Shown: piece by piece, positions 1 through 12,928 of the stretch | Layout of the letters: each line of letters begins with the position of its first letter | Numbering within the stretch: position 1 is the first letter of the stretch | Assembly (NCBI GenBank): GCA_964016885.1 | Contig: OZ024740.1 | Span: 73,780,001-73,844,000, forward strand | Length of the DNA: 64,000 nt | Direction: 5' to 3' | From: Eledone cirrhosa | Lineage: Eukaryota | Notes under the pieces: model-generated | What the model saw: only the letters and a program-made list of their open reading frames with translations | What the model was told of the DNA's origin: nothing | Database searches by the model: none | Translations under genes and position numbers: made by a program

Positions 1-180
1 CCTGTTTTGGATGCTTGCAAGAAAGTGGATATTGCTAAAGTTCCACGAGAGATAGTCAGTGATGTTAAATACAACAGATTAATTCTATCAATAAAGCAGG
101 TCACCATAAGAATTGAATTCAGAATGCAAAGGGCTAAAACAAATATTACAAGACATCTCTGCACTGGTACTTTATTTTAT

Positions 181-410
181 CTATATATCTAAAACAGAGA
201 ATGTCTGTCTGTCTGTCTGTCCGATCACTAAAACTTGAGAACCACCCAACCGATTGTTTTCAAACTTTACACATGTAATACTTAGGGGCCTGTGAGTGTT
301 TTGAGAAAAAATTATTTCAAATTTTCAATGCCCAGGGACCGCATTAGGCGATTTAGCGATCTCTCTCTCTCTTAGTCTTTCGCTTTTTAGATAGATACAT
401 AGATATAACA
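181..410 (+). mobile_element. Probable non-autonomous Helitron-like element, 5' part
   Basis: Starts (T)CTATATATCTAAAA, followed by a (CTGT)n microsatellite and a CCGATTGTTTTCAAACTTTACACA motif. This layout is typical of invertebrate non-autonomous Helitrons. The 3' end was not identified. Confidence 0.4.
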
Positions 411-429
411 TTGCGCCCTTATAATATCT

Positions 430-560
430 CATTTCTACAGCTGAGTAAACTGGAGCAATGTGAAATAAAGTGTCTTACTCAAGGAAACAACATCACCCAG
501 TCTGAGAATTGAACTCACAACCTTTCGATTGCAAGGCCAATGCTCTAACCACTAAGCCAT
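430..560 (-). mobile_element. tRNA-derived SINE (CORE-like body)
   Basis: Minus strand reads TGGCTTAGTGGTTAGAGC (A box) ... GAGTTCAATTC (B box), then CCTTGAGTAAGACACTT, a CORE/MIR-like motif. Confidence 0.65.
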
Positions 561-677
561 AGAATTGATTGTAATGAAATTGTTATTGAATCATCTAAGA
601 AATGTATTTTAAAAACATCATGACCACCACAAAGACAACAACACCAATGCACACACACACACACATACATATAATAT

Positions 678-1260
678 ATGAGGTGTGTCTAATAAGTCAC
701 AGGACTTATTGTGCTATGTGAGCTATAAGTGGGGCAGGAATTAGCAGGTTGTATCAGTGTGATGTAATATCCAGGGCGTATATAACTGCAATCTCAGTTC
801 TCTGCAGCCATTGTATGTTTTTTGGTGTGCTTTTGTTAAGAGCAACAAACCAGCTTGAAGTTTCTTGTCAGGCTTGGGAAAACTCCATCAGAAGCACTCA
901 CAATACTGCACGCTCACAGATTTTCAAGTTTAACAAAAGGTTTAAGACGTAGAAGATGACTGCAGGAGCAGGAAGCCTTCAATGAGCAGGACTGAGGCCA
1001 ACATTGAGCATGTGAGGCATAGGGTGCATGGCGATTGCCAGCTGACTGTTTGACTAATCGCAAGTGAGCTAGCTGGGTATGAACTGCGACAGCGTTTGGA
1101 AGATTATCACCAAAGATTCGGGCATGTGGAAGATCGCCAGTTTACAATATCTTGAACATTTGGCAGTTCCTAGTTGAGAACATCGCCATACTGGAACAAC
1201 CTCCTTTCACATGATCTTGCTCAGTGTCACTTTTTTCTTTTCCCAAAGCTCAAGGGGGTC
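678..1260 (+). mobile_element. Decayed mariner-family transposon
   Basis: TIR-like start TATGAGGTGTGTCTAATAAGT. Residual LGKTPSE-like N-terminal peptide and FFLFPKLK (mariner C-terminal motif, ~1230-1254). Many stops and frameshifts. Confidence 0.55.
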
Positions 1261-1432
1261 ATACATATATTTATGCTCACATACATATACACACAAAAAC
1301 ATATATAGATACAAAAACACACACACACATAAACATACACATATATACACACACACACACATATAGACACACACATAAACATACACATATATAGACACAC
1401 ACACATATATAAACACATAGACACACACACAT

Positions 1433-1470
<38 letters not shown>

Positions 1471-1545
1471 TACACATATATATCCACATATACATATATC
1501 TATATATATAATATACATATATATATATACATACATGCACATATT
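1261..1545. repeat. Compound (CA)n/(TA)n microsatellite
   Basis: Directly visible. It explains the YI/CV-rich ORFs here. Confidence 0.95.
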
Positions 1546-1889
1546 TTCATCTATACAGTTAGGTGAGTAATAGCAATGGATGGGGTGAAGTCAGTGTTTC
1601 GTTAACAGATAAATTGATAATAGGTAGATAGAGTAATTGAGGTAGCCAAAGTGTGTGATTAGAATAATTAAGCTTAAATTAGCTATAGACAACATGACAG
1701 CAGTATTTATCTCTGTATATGGATCCTAATCAGGGATGACGATAGTCTGAACTACTCAATAAGGAATGACTTGATTGTTACCTCATTATCACAGCTGGTG
1801 ATTTTAATGGACAATACCATGTCCACTCTCTCTTCAGTCTGGTTTCTTTGTGTCTGCTATCTAATTACTAAATAGACCTTCATCGGTTT

Positions 1890-2190
1890 TCACAGTGAGT
1901 GGTCCAGTTGTTTGATCAATGGAACAGCCTGCTCATGAAATTAACGTGCAAGTGGCTGAGCATTCCAAAGACAGGTGTACCCTTAGCGTTATTCTCTGGG
2001 AAACTAAACTTCACATACTGTGTGACAAGGCTGGCCCTTTGAATTACAGGCATAGTTTCTGTCTACCCAATTTCACTCACATGGCATGGGTCAACCTGAA
2101 CCTATGGTAAATGATACTTGCCCATGATGCCATGCAATGGATTGAACCTGGGATCTAACAATTGAGAAGCAAAGTTCTTAACCAATTGGT
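1890..2190 (-). mobile_element. SINE-like dispersed repeat (inverted relative of 4400-4720)
   Basis: GTGACAAGGCTGGCCCTTTGAATTACAGG is the reverse complement of CCTGTAATTCAAAGGGCCAGCCTTGTCAC at ~4547-4575. A tRNA-like head lies at ~2130-2190 on the minus strand. Confidence 0.6.
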
Positions 2191-2624
2191 CATGTGTTCA
2201 CTGTCTGATTACACTTAGCAGGTACTGGACTTAAATTGCAACAGTGAAGAAATATCACCATAACATGTTGCATATAGTTGTCTATAAAGATGCCACAGAC
2301 AAAGGACTGCTGCAAAATTATCAAGTACTCACAGCGAAGGGCATTTTGTTGATGACCAATGATGTTCGGGGACACACTAGGTCATCAGTCATTAGGTTTT
2401 AAAACAATGGCTTGCATGTTGGTTATCATGACAGTGAAGAGGACTCTCATTCACATCAAAGGGTAACCACTAAAACCATCAAGAATGCAGACAGCTGAGA
2501 TTAGGAGACTTCATAGAGACTAAGAATGATGCTTTGGTGAACTGTGATAATCATATCAACAGAGACCCTCAGCAATAATCATGAGAAATCAGATACTGAC
2601 TTGTATCTTATTTTCATTATTGAC

Positions 2625-2737
2625 ATCAAATCCCGCCAAGGTCAACTTTGCCTTTCATCCTTACGGGGTCAATAAAATAAAGTACCAGTAATGTACTGGG
2701 TAATTGCTGGCCTTGTACCAAAAGTAGAAACAATTAT
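2625..2737 (+). mobile_element. 5'-truncated copy of the abundant tRNA-derived SINE
   Basis: CTTTGCCTTTCATCCTTACGGGGTC...AAAATAAAGTACCAGTAAT...AGTAGAAACAATTAT, matching the family consensus seen repeatedly in this window. Confidence 0.85.
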
Positions 2738-3309
2738 TGACATCTCATCCTATCTCCATTAATTCTTAATGTTCTGTACCACATGAAAGAACATTAACAA
2801 GACATTCTTGATTAATACAAAACAGCACTATGACTTAAAAATTCATAAAGAAGTGTTCATAAGTAAAGATACTATAAACAATTGAATTAATGAATAATTT
2901 TTTTAGACATTTTCTGCTAGAGCTCTGTTTGAGTTATATTTTATATGAAATAGATAAATTAATCAGCCCAGTTCAGCATTAGGGCAATGATAGTTGTTTG
3001 TGTGGTATGAAGCACAAGTTAAGTTGATGCATTCTTGTCAAATGTTATCACAGGTAAATCAAAGTGCAAGTACATCAAGCAACAATGACTGGATATTTTC
3101 TTCATAAAATAATAACTGACCTCCACATCAATGAATTATATTTACATGAACATCATGTTGTCAATGAACATTGTAAAGTAAGTTTCCTGAAAATTTTAGC
3201 TCCATATTTTCCTTATATTTTAGACACATTATTTATAAAATACAAATATTTAAATAATATCCTGTGTTTTTATATATTTTATTTAGTGGACAATATAAAA
3301 AGTCTATAA

Positions 3310-3762
3310 ACACACCTCTCCAAGACAATGTCACTGGACCGAGATCTTTGGCGCTACACAGTAATACAGAAGATCAGCCTTGCCTAAGTACAAAGCGAAA
3401 CCTACAGTCAGTAAGCACCTCTAACAAAAATACACCCCTGTCCCACCCCATCCACACCACCCCTTTCAATGTGAAGTTATGTTGGTACCACAACATCCAG
3501 TCCGAAACAAATGAGGTCGTGTAGGTGTCACGACAAAAAAAACACACAGTCCACGCTGTAATGTGGCCGTGTAGGTAGCACGGTAAAAACCTCCCAGTCC
3601 ACACTGTAAATGTGGTTGGTGTTAGGAAGGGCATCCAGCCGTAGAAAACCCGCCAGACAGTCCTATACGAGCAGGACAACCAATCTTGCCTCAAGTGGGA
3701 AAACTCCCGTCCAAACCCATGCAAGCGTGGAAGATGGACGTTAAACGATGATGATGATGATA
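3310..3762 (+). mobile_element. RTE LINE 3' end/3' UTR fragment with (GAT)n tail
   Basis: High similarity to 32160-32628 (CTCTCCAAGACAATGTCACTGGACCGAGA ... GGACGTTAAACG(ATG)n). Confidence 0.9.
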
Positions 3763-4399
3763 TCGCTTCCTTTGGGGTGAGTTATCTAATATGTAAAAGG
3801 GCCAGTCTTATCAGTAGTAAGAAACTCTCAGAAGAGCTGGACAGCAGAAGATCTTCAGAAAAGAAACCCCCTCAAGCAAGTGTTTTGGCCCTTAACTGTA
3901 CCACGCTAATTCTGCCTGAGGAATACTTTTAAGGTACATGTGTCTGTAATGATGGTGAATTGGCACAGTCTTTAGGGTGCTGAATTAAAAATGCCTTGGT
4001 ATTTGTTCTGGTTTTTTAAATACCTCTGAGGTTAACTTTGCCTTTCATTGTTTCAAGGTCAATAAATAAAATACCAATCCAGAACAGGAGTTATTCTTCT
4101 CCGGCCTCTCTCTCTCTCTCTCTCTTTGGAAGAAATTGACTGTGTTTTGACCTGAAGAGAAATGGTATGAAATGACCAAAAAACAGTGTGTCAAAATCAT
4201 GCCTCAATGATTCCACTTAGAGTTAAGGATTCGTTACTTTATATCTGCCTGCCTGCCTGTCTGGAATATTCTGCCACATACAAGCTAATTCAATGAATAA
4301 GTGTTCTGGTTGATAGAACAACTATAATACTCATTGTCAAAATCAATGAAGGATCAATTTACTTGTGTGCGATTGTGTGCGCTTAGACACAGCAAAACC

Positions 4400-4720
4400 A
4401 AATGGTTAAGAAGCTCAATTCACAAACATTAAGTCCCTAGTTTGATCCCATGGCATAGCATCTTGGGTAAGTGTCATTTACCATTGCTTTGGCTGAGTGA
4501 AATTGGGTAGACAAAAACTGTTTGGAAGTATGTCAGATAGATTGTACCTGTAATTCAAAGGGCCAGCCTTGTCACACACACACTGTGTCATGCTAAATCT
4601 CCCTGAGAACTACATTAAGAGCACATGTATCTATGGAATGTTCAACCACTTGCAGGTTAATTTCATGAGTGGGCTGTTCTGTTGATCAAACAACTGAAAC
4701 ACTCATTGTCAAAAGTGACA
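4400..4720 (+). mobile_element. SINE-like dispersed repeat
   Basis: Inverted homolog of 1890-2190 with a degenerate tRNA-like head. Confidence 0.55.
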
Positions 4721-4822
4721 GTCTATTCCACGCATATACAGTTGAATATAAAAAAAATACACTCAAGTATAGACTTTCTTATGAAATGCATGAACCTACT
4801 TGTCTGAATGCATATATGTGTA

Positions 4823-4863
<41 letters not shown>

Positions 4864-5384
4864 TGGGCTAATTAAAATAGTATATACACTATATTGTCAT
4901 CAGGACAAAGAAGAAACATGACTGACTTTTTTAAACTCCACCCTATAACACCCCCCCTCCCCCCGTTAGTATTTAAAAAAATAAAAGGCATGATATATAA
5001 GAGTGTATAATGGGGAAGTCATAAGTATTTACAAGGACACCTATGACTGCTAACACCACCACTTCCACTACAGTAACTACACCACATATCAAAGACACAT
5101 ACATTATGCTGGACAACTGGAGCACTCAAGTCTCAGCTAGAGTTACTGAATAGGAAGCAGGAATAACTTCAGTTATGAAGGCTGGCCTAATTAAATAAGA
5201 GCTTGCCAACATTCACAGAGAGAAACACTTGTGGTTGTTGTTGATGATGATGATTGGGCAGATTTATTATCAAAAGTATTCTGGCCATGACTATCCCATC
5301 TCTTTTCCTATGTGCAAGGAATCCCGGACCATATCCAGTGAGATTTGGTTGCTATTTCTAGCAGGTCTACCAATTATATAGCTC

Positions 5385-5910
5385 CTTCATCATCATCATC
5401 ATCATCACTGTTTAATGTTTATTTTCTATGCTTGGATGATTTAGATAGGCAGTCATGTTAACCATGTCTTGCTGGGGCCCCAAGTTTGTTGACCTCATCA
5501 TGGTAAGCCCTGGAAACTGATCTCTGATCTTAATCAGGTGAACATCAACAACTTAAGACCAACTCATACACAAGAAGAACCATGTCATGCTCATATGTTC
5601 CATTGTTTGGCTAGGTTTCTTTGGCTAAATGACTTTTCTAATGCCAACCATTTTACAGGGTGTACTGGGAGCTTTTTTAATGGCACCAGCATGACCGTCT
5701 TACAAGGTGGACTGGGTACATTGTCATGGCACCAGCACAATGCCTTAAAGAGTGAACTGGGTGCTTTTGTTGTGACACCAGCATGACCACCTTAAAGGAT
5801 AGACTGGGTGCTTTTTATTGTGGCTCCAGCATGACCACCTTACAGGGTAGACTGGGTACTTTTTGACTGCTTTACAGGATAGACTGAGTGTTTTTTGTTG
5901 TGGCACATGC
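5385..5910 (-). mobile_element. Old RTE-type 3' UTR with an internal ~45-50 bp tandem expansion
   Basis: (CAT)n tail at 5388-5406. The unit CAGCATGACCACCTTACAGGGTAGACTGGGTGCTTTT is repeated degenerately over 5650-5900. Confidence 0.55.
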
Positions 5911-6147
5911 ATCAAATAACTGAGAAAAAAATTATGCTTTGAGAAATAAAAAACAAACCTTAGTTATTGAATAAAATTGTAGTTTATTTAGATCCTGATT
6001 GAGTAGACCTATTATCCAACCTGCCTGGAGAGGACATTTCTTTGTTGTCAACAGTGGCAGTAGCTCCCTGAACCTTTTCTATCCTGTTTTCTTATTCTTA
6101 AACCTTGGCAGGATTTAAATTCAGAAGAATGTAAAAGAGCTGTAACT

Positions 6148-7060
6148 ATAGGGTTGTTCAGATCTTTGAGGACACATCTTTTAATAGCTCTTTTTTGCTA
6201 GCTTGTTCTGATTATCATTTCCTTTCAGATAAATGATGACAGACATCAAGCTAACTCAGCAAATAAAAAGGCACACTGTGATGTTGCCTTAAAGACAGAG
6301 CATAGTGATTTAGAGATTGCTCGTTTCCTGAAGGTTTCACGGTCATTTGTTAAAGTTTACAAAGAGCTGGAAGTTGCTGATGGGGTCTCTATAGCAGTAG
6401 CCAAATGTAAAACGCCTGCTAAGTGTCCTAATACAATCAGAACACCCAAATTTGTATGAAAAGTGCATAAAATTAATGATAAGTAACCCAGAAGGTCAAT
6501 TAGCACCATTGCTAAGGAGCTCATGGTTTCAAGGCACACTATTGGAAGAATAGCTTAGGAGGACCTTCGATACAAGTTGTATGTGATACGAGGAGGCCAA
6601 TTCCTGTCTGCAAAAACAAAAGATAACCATCTGATCCACACAAAGTGCTTGTTAAGCTGAATATTAAAACAACAAAGCCTGGAATGCTTTGGTTTTTCTC
6701 TGATGATAAAATCTTTGATGAGGATTAAAAGGTCAACTGAAGGAATGAAAGATGGTTATGCAGAGACTCTAAAGACATTCCAACAGTCATGCACACAAAG
6801 TTTCAGCAACTGGTAGTTGTGCGTAATGAGGGAGATGTCATGCCTCCTTAGAGATTTCTTGATGGTTTAATGGTCAATTTTGCTGACTATAAGGAGGTGT
6901 TGAATGAGTTACAATCTCCACGATTACATCACACCAAATATATAGCCGCCTAGCTCTCCAGACCTGAATCCGTTCGACTACTACATATGGGGCATAGTAG
7001 AAAAGGAAGTCAATTAATGTCCCCATAATATATGGTTGACTAGATGCTTTTACTGGGGCA
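6148..7060 (+). mobile_element. Decayed Tc1/mariner-superfamily (maT-like) transposase
   Basis: Translates to WFFSDDK (~6689) and PSSPDLNPFDYYIWGIVEKEV (~6949-7011), the catalytic-motif contexts of DD37D/maT-type transposases. Frameshifted. Confidence 0.75.
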
Positions 7061-8516
7061 TCAGCTCTCCCACTTTACTATATTTGGGTGCATGTTACAA
7101 AGACTATATCTCCACAATGTAAGCAAATATGAATACAAATTTGATAAAAGAAAGCAACTATCATTTAATTCTTGGTGTTTGTAGATTTTATGTGGCATAG
7201 ATAATTGATTCATAAACAAAACTAATACCATCTTAGACTGCATCCTCCTCTCGAAGATTACACACAATGAAAACAAAAATTAAAGACCTGGTTTTGTGAA
7301 GGTTAGTTTATTGCCCTAGCAAGCATTAACCCTAGACAATCACTCCCAAACAGACATATATACAATGTTCCAGAACCACTCACTCCAAATAAACACTACA
7401 AATACATAGATTCAATATCAACAACCTCACCCGTTGAAAATACTGCTGAGTTTACCAGCACCAATAATAAGTGGAGAGGAACAACAATTTTCAGGTTCTG
7501 ACTTAGCCCAACTTTGTTGTGACTACCAAAAAGCCAACAAGTGAACCTTTACATGGTCACTCACCCTGCTAGAAATACCAGCCAAATCTTCCACAAACCA
7601 CTCTACTGTTTTAAGTAAGGAATGCAAACAATGGATATAGTAGTCAACACCCTTAGTACAATTATGATTTTCATTTCAACCTAATTATTTCCAGTTTAAC
7701 ACAATCACTTTAATACTAATTGTATACCCACCTACAATAGCCACACACAAAGAAGTCACAGGAAAAAGCAACTAAAAAGCTATGCAATTTATGGATTAAA
7801 AGAAGATAATGAATAAAAACAGCCTCAATGCCCTAAAGGATAACTATTACTGACGACTATCACAAATCCTCTGAATCCACATAAATCTGGCAAAGTGGGT
7901 GTCAATCAGATTGTGTCTATTCATCATGTTTTATTTTAATGAAATTTTAGAACTGCACAAATCTTTGAGACAAGTATCATGACCCATTATTTGATATTCT
8001 CTGAGTCTTAGAAATATTTGTAATGGCTGTATTTAACATTTTATGAGCATTTAAAATCTTTTAACTAACATTTATCTTGTAAAGTGCATGTAGCATTTTA
8101 CTCAAAATGTAAACATACTGTACAAAATTAGATTTAGAAATGCACAAGCTGGAATCAACTGCACTTTAAAATCCTCACTGAAAGACATATGTACTCTATT
8201 TAAAATATCAATAAAATACTTCAACCCTCACTCTCTGTAAACATGAAAATGTGAATGTCCTGAAAACAGTTACAAAAGTCTATTTTTTTCACGTATTTGT
8301 TGCTTATCTTTGTTATCTGTATTCATCTTCACTATTTCAACTTTTGACCCCTAAATTTCGAAATCTGTACCACAGTAACATAAATAATAAAAGAATTCAA
8401 TCCTATTTTATTGTCAACACACAATAACACTATATCTTAACATCTTAAAAATGTACACACAAGCCTTATTATTTATGTCAATTATCTTCATTTGTTTCAC
8501 TAACATTATATATATA

Positions 8517-8652
8517 TTGGCAGTATCGGTAGAGAGTCGGACGCCATGCTTTGAAGCATAGATTTACGTCCCTTTATGATCTTAGTTCAAATCTCGCTGA
8601 GGTTAACTTTGCCTTTCATCCTTACGGGGTCGATAAAATAAAGTACCAGTAA
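8517..8652 (+). mobile_element. tRNA-derived SINE, 5' part (split by a LINE insertion; tail at 11791-11806)
   Basis: TGGCAGTATCGGTAGAG A box, GTTCAAATC B box and family body. TSD ATTATATATATA at 8505-8516 and 11802-11813. Confidence 0.85.
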
Positions 8653-11600
8653 TCATCATCATCAACGTTTAACGTCCGTGTTCCACGCTTGCATGGGTTT
8701 GGACGGGGGTAGTCCCACTTGAGGCAAGAGTGATTGTCTTGCTCGCATAGGACTGTCTGGCAGGTTTTCTACAGTTGGATGCCCTTCCTAACACCAACCA
8801 CATTTACAGTGTGGGTCTGGGAGGTTTTTACCGTGTTGCCTACACGGCCACATTACAGCGTGGACTGTGTGTTTTTTTGTCGTGACACCTACACGATCTC
8901 ATTTGTTTCGGCCTGGATGGCGTGGCACCAACATAACTTTACATAGAAGGGGGTGGTGTGGATGGGGTGGGGGTGGTGGGACGGGGGTGTATTTTGTTAG
9001 AGATGCCTACTGGCTGTAGTAGGTTTTACTATGTATTTAGGTAAGGCGGGTCTTCTCTGTTACTGAGTACCGCCAAAGGTCTCGGTCCAGTGACATTGTC
9101 TTGGAGAGATGTAAGTGTGTGAGGTCGGAGTTTATCAGCTCGTCTCAGGTTTTTCTAGGTCTGCCTATTCCGTGGCTACCGTCTATCTTTATTGCCCTGC
9201 ACTTTGTTATACAGCTATCGACTTTCATGCGCATCACGTGTCCATACCAACGTAGCCTTCTCTCGAGTAAACAACATCTGATCCCTCTTATTTCTAATTT
9301 TTTTCTTAGTTCGTTTATGCTTTGCCGTTCACGTATATTACTGTTACACATCCAGCGGAGCATGCAAGCTTCGTTCCTCTCTAGTCTGCGTATATCCTCT
9401 GCACACAATGCCCAGGTCTCACTGCCATGCAATATTGCTGTTCGTATGCAGGCATCATACAACCTGCCTTTCATTTTTAGGGAGAACCCTTTAGCAGCTA
9501 ATAGTGGTATAAGCTCTCTGAACTTTTTCCATCCAGTTCTGACTCTAGCTACTGTACTTTCAGAGCACCCTCCCCCACTGCTGATTTTGTCACCCAGGTA
9601 ACGGAAGCTGTCCACTATTTCTATAGAACCATCTGTGCAATGGAATGAGCTAGTTTTCTGTGGGCACTTGCTACTACTTATTGCACCTGAGCACCGGCCA
9701 CATATAAAATCTATATTCTTAGTTAACTTACCTGTTACCCCACTACATCTTTTATGCACCCATACTTTGCATTTGGGACATAAAATGGAGTTTCTGCCTA
9801 CTCCTTTCCTACACACTGAGCATGGCCATTTCCCAGATGGGACCAGTGCCCTATTTTCCTTCCTACAAACTAGGACTTTAGTCTTAGACAGGTTCATTTT
9901 AAGGCCTTTTGATTCTAGGCCATGCTTCCATGTTTCCATGTTTGGAATTTCTTCTCTAGTTCAGCCATTGATTCAGCTATGAGCGTTAGATCATCTGCGT
10001 ATAGGAGTTCCCATGGGCAGCCGGTCTTGAACTCCTCTGTTATAGCCTGAAGGGCAATAATAAATAGTAGGGGGCTGAGAACAGAGCCCTGATGGACGCC
10101 AACTTTTACGCTAAACTCTTCACTATATTCGTTGTTAATTCTAACCTTGCTGACTGTTTCTTTATACATGGCTTGTATAGCTCTCACAAGCCATTCGTCA
10201 ACACCTAGTTTTCTAAGAGCCCACCAGATAATGTAACGGGGGACTCTGTCGAAAGCTTTCTCCAAGTCGACAAAAGCTAAGTAGAGGGGTTTACCTTTAG
10301 CTAGGTACTTCTCCTGTAGTTGTTGTACAATGAAAAGAGCGTCTGTGGTACTTTTGCCTGACACAAACCCGAACTGCATTTCATCTAGGTCAATTCTCTC
10401 TGATTAGTTGCGCTATTACTTTTTCCGTGACCTTCATGACCTGGTCGATTAGTTTAATGCCTCTATAGTTACTCCTATCTAGGGCATCTCCTTTACCCTT
10501 ATAACAGTTAACGATGATGCTGCTATGCCAGTCCTTCGGAACAACCCCATTCTGTACGACTTGGTTAACTATGCGGGTGACCATGGTGTGTCCCACCGTG
10601 CCAGATGCCTTCAGCATCTCAGCAACTATTTCCGAAGGCCCAGCCGCCTTACCCGTCTTCATATCCTTGATTGCCTTACTTATTATACTCCCCTCGACTA
10701 ACACTGCTGGTCCCTCTATTGGGTCGATGTGGGGGAGACTGTCTTTCTCCCATTTATTCTCCTCATTTAGTAGCCTTTCATAGTGACACTTCCAAGCTAC
10801 CTTCTTATCAGCGTCGGTGATGGCAAGTACGCCGTCATCATTAAGTACACACTTCTCCCCGACAATATCACGGTTTTCCTTGACACATTGCCTAGCAATC
10901 CTGAACACCTCACGTTTTTGGTCCTCGCGTTGTAGAACATGCTTGAACTTTCTTTCCTCTGCTTCCCTTCTTGCGAAGTACACTTGTCTCCAAGCTTCCC
11001 TCCTGGCCACTTGATAGTCTTCTCTACTTCCCCCATCCCGCCATACTTTCCAAGCCTGCTTTTTGGCCTTAATTGACCCCTCCACTTTACTGTTCCACCA
11101 CCATGTTACTCTCCTCCTGCCTACAGGCCTGCTCCAGCCACAGACTTCGTCTGTCGGCATCAGCAGGTTTTCTTTCAGAAATTCCCACTGTCCCTCTATA
11201 TTGTCCGACTCTAAATGCTCTTCCTTATTGTCGAAAGCATCAAGTAATATGCTTTGAAATTTATTTCTGGCTGTGGGGTCCTTTAGCTTCCATATTTTTC
11301 TCCTGAGGATAGTCTTCTTCTGCTGTCGAGTACGTCTCGTCCTGACTATGAGGTCGCTAATTATCAGTCTATGTTGGGAGGTGCATTCTTCATGGGGGAG
11401 GGATTTAGTGTTTACAACAGACACTCTGTCACGTCTTCTGGTAAGGATATAATCTACCTGGCTTGTGTGTTCCCCGGATCTATAGGTGATCAGGTGATTG
11501 TCACGTTTTTTGAAGTTAGTGTTACAGATAGTTAGGTTATTTGCGTCACAGAATTCCAGGATTCTGGAGCCTTCCTCATTTCTAGTATCAAACCCATAGC

Positions 11601-11790
11601 CTCCATGGATTTCGTCGTAGCCGTCACAATGTTGTCCAACGTGACCATTTAGGTCGCCTGCAATAATTATATAGTCACTGTCGGTTATTTGGGAGGTAGT
11701 GAGCATCAGTGTCTCATAGAATCTGTCTTTTATAGTGCCGGGCAGTCCGGATTGGGGTGCGTACGCAGATATTACTGTCACCGTAGTTCT
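8653..11790 (-). mobile_element. 5'-truncated, frameshifted RTE-clade LINE (APE + RT + PHD finger)
   Basis: ORFs 10390-11802, 9915-10379 (LLYADD) and 9145-9939 are collinear with 28891-32232. The frame is broken by a 2-bp AG deletion near 10395 and an 8-bp duplication near 9930. (GAT)n tail at ~8653-8664. Confidence 0.95.
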
Positions 11791-11864
11791 AAGTAGAAAC
11801 AATTATATATATAGCCACTGAAAGAAGAAGAAAACTAGTCCTGTAAGAGCAGGGAAAGTAGATG

Positions 11865-12098
11865 TTATCATCATCATCATCATCATTGTTTAACATTTGT
11901 TTTCCACGCTAGCATGGGTTAGACAGGTTGTCCTGTTTGAGGCAAGTTGGGTCAGGTGGCCATGCCTTGCTCATGCAGCACTGTTTCTGGCTTGGTTTCT
12001 ACAGCTGGATGCCCTTCCTAATGCCAATCACATTTACAGTGTGTACTGGGTGCTTTTTGTCACGTCATCTACATGACTACTTTACAGTGGACTGGGTG

Positions 12099-12100
<2 letters not shown>
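11865..12100 (-). mobile_element. RTE-type 3' UTR fragment
   Basis: (CAT)n tail and a GGATGCCCTTCCTAATGCCAA motif shared with the RTE 3' UTR. Confidence 0.75.
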
Positions 12101-12127
<27 letters not shown>

Positions 12128-12132
<5 letters not shown>

Positions 12133-12293
12133 TACTAAAACTCTGTGATTGCTTGTCTGTAATGTAATGTAATGTAGTGTAATACAGCCAAAAGGGCGCA
12201 TGATGGGAAAATACTTTCATAGGGAGTTGCCCCTGAAATGGGAATACAGATGGAATAAAACATAACCCGACGGGTCATGGCATGGTTGGTCTA

Positions 12294-12294
<1 letters not shown>
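12128..12294 (+). mobile_element. Short non-autonomous Helitron-like element
   Basis: CTACTAAAACT start, (TGTAA)n tract, ACCCGACGGGT hairpin and a CTAG 3' end followed by T. Confidence 0.45.
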
Positions 12295-12392
<98 letters not shown>

Positions 12393-12442
12393 TATTTTTG
12401 GCACGATCACTTTGGAAAATTAAATGTCTTATTTTGAGCTCG

Positions 12443-12515
12443 CTCCTGATGATTCCGAAGCTCTGGACATACCTTGTTATCGAATGTCTTAAAATACGAT
12501 GAAACCATGGTAGAG
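12443..12515 (+). ncRNA. Candidate minimal type I hammerhead ribozyme (degenerate stem II)
   Basis: CTC-CTGATGA-(48 nt)-GAAA-C-CATG-G-TA-GAG: conserved core, palindromic loop III, GUA cleavage triplet and a 3-bp stem I. Confidence 0.55.
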
Positions 12516-12928
12516 GTAATTTGGTATGTACGCAATACTTCTAAGTTCAATTTTACACCTAATTGTGTTTAGTTGGCTGTATATCTGGTCGATTTTTACA
12601 TGCTATCGAAATGTTAGATAAATAATCTATTGTAGCCACCGCGAAGGGGCTGCTTTCGGTTATTTGTCGAAGATTTCTTCATAGGAGCCTTTATTCTTAC
12701 AGCTTGGTCTAATTGATTTTTTATATGGTTAATTATACTAATTGGGAGAGGAAATGATATATATTATATCTAGTGATTCTAAAGACATATTTTATGATAT
12801 ATAGCTCTGATTATTTTATTTAATTTATTAATTTCTCATTGAGCCACAACGTGACCGGTTGCAAAACACAAATATATCTGACTTTACATATATATGTAAA
12901 TCTTTATATATATATATATATACATATG

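Noticed and set aside
430-560. tRNA gene
   Set aside because: The tRNA-like head runs into a SINE body and there is no complete cloverleaf.
3122-3187. Possible minus-strand exon bounded by TTTTCAG and GTCAGT
   Set aside because: Stops in all three frames and no supporting evidence.
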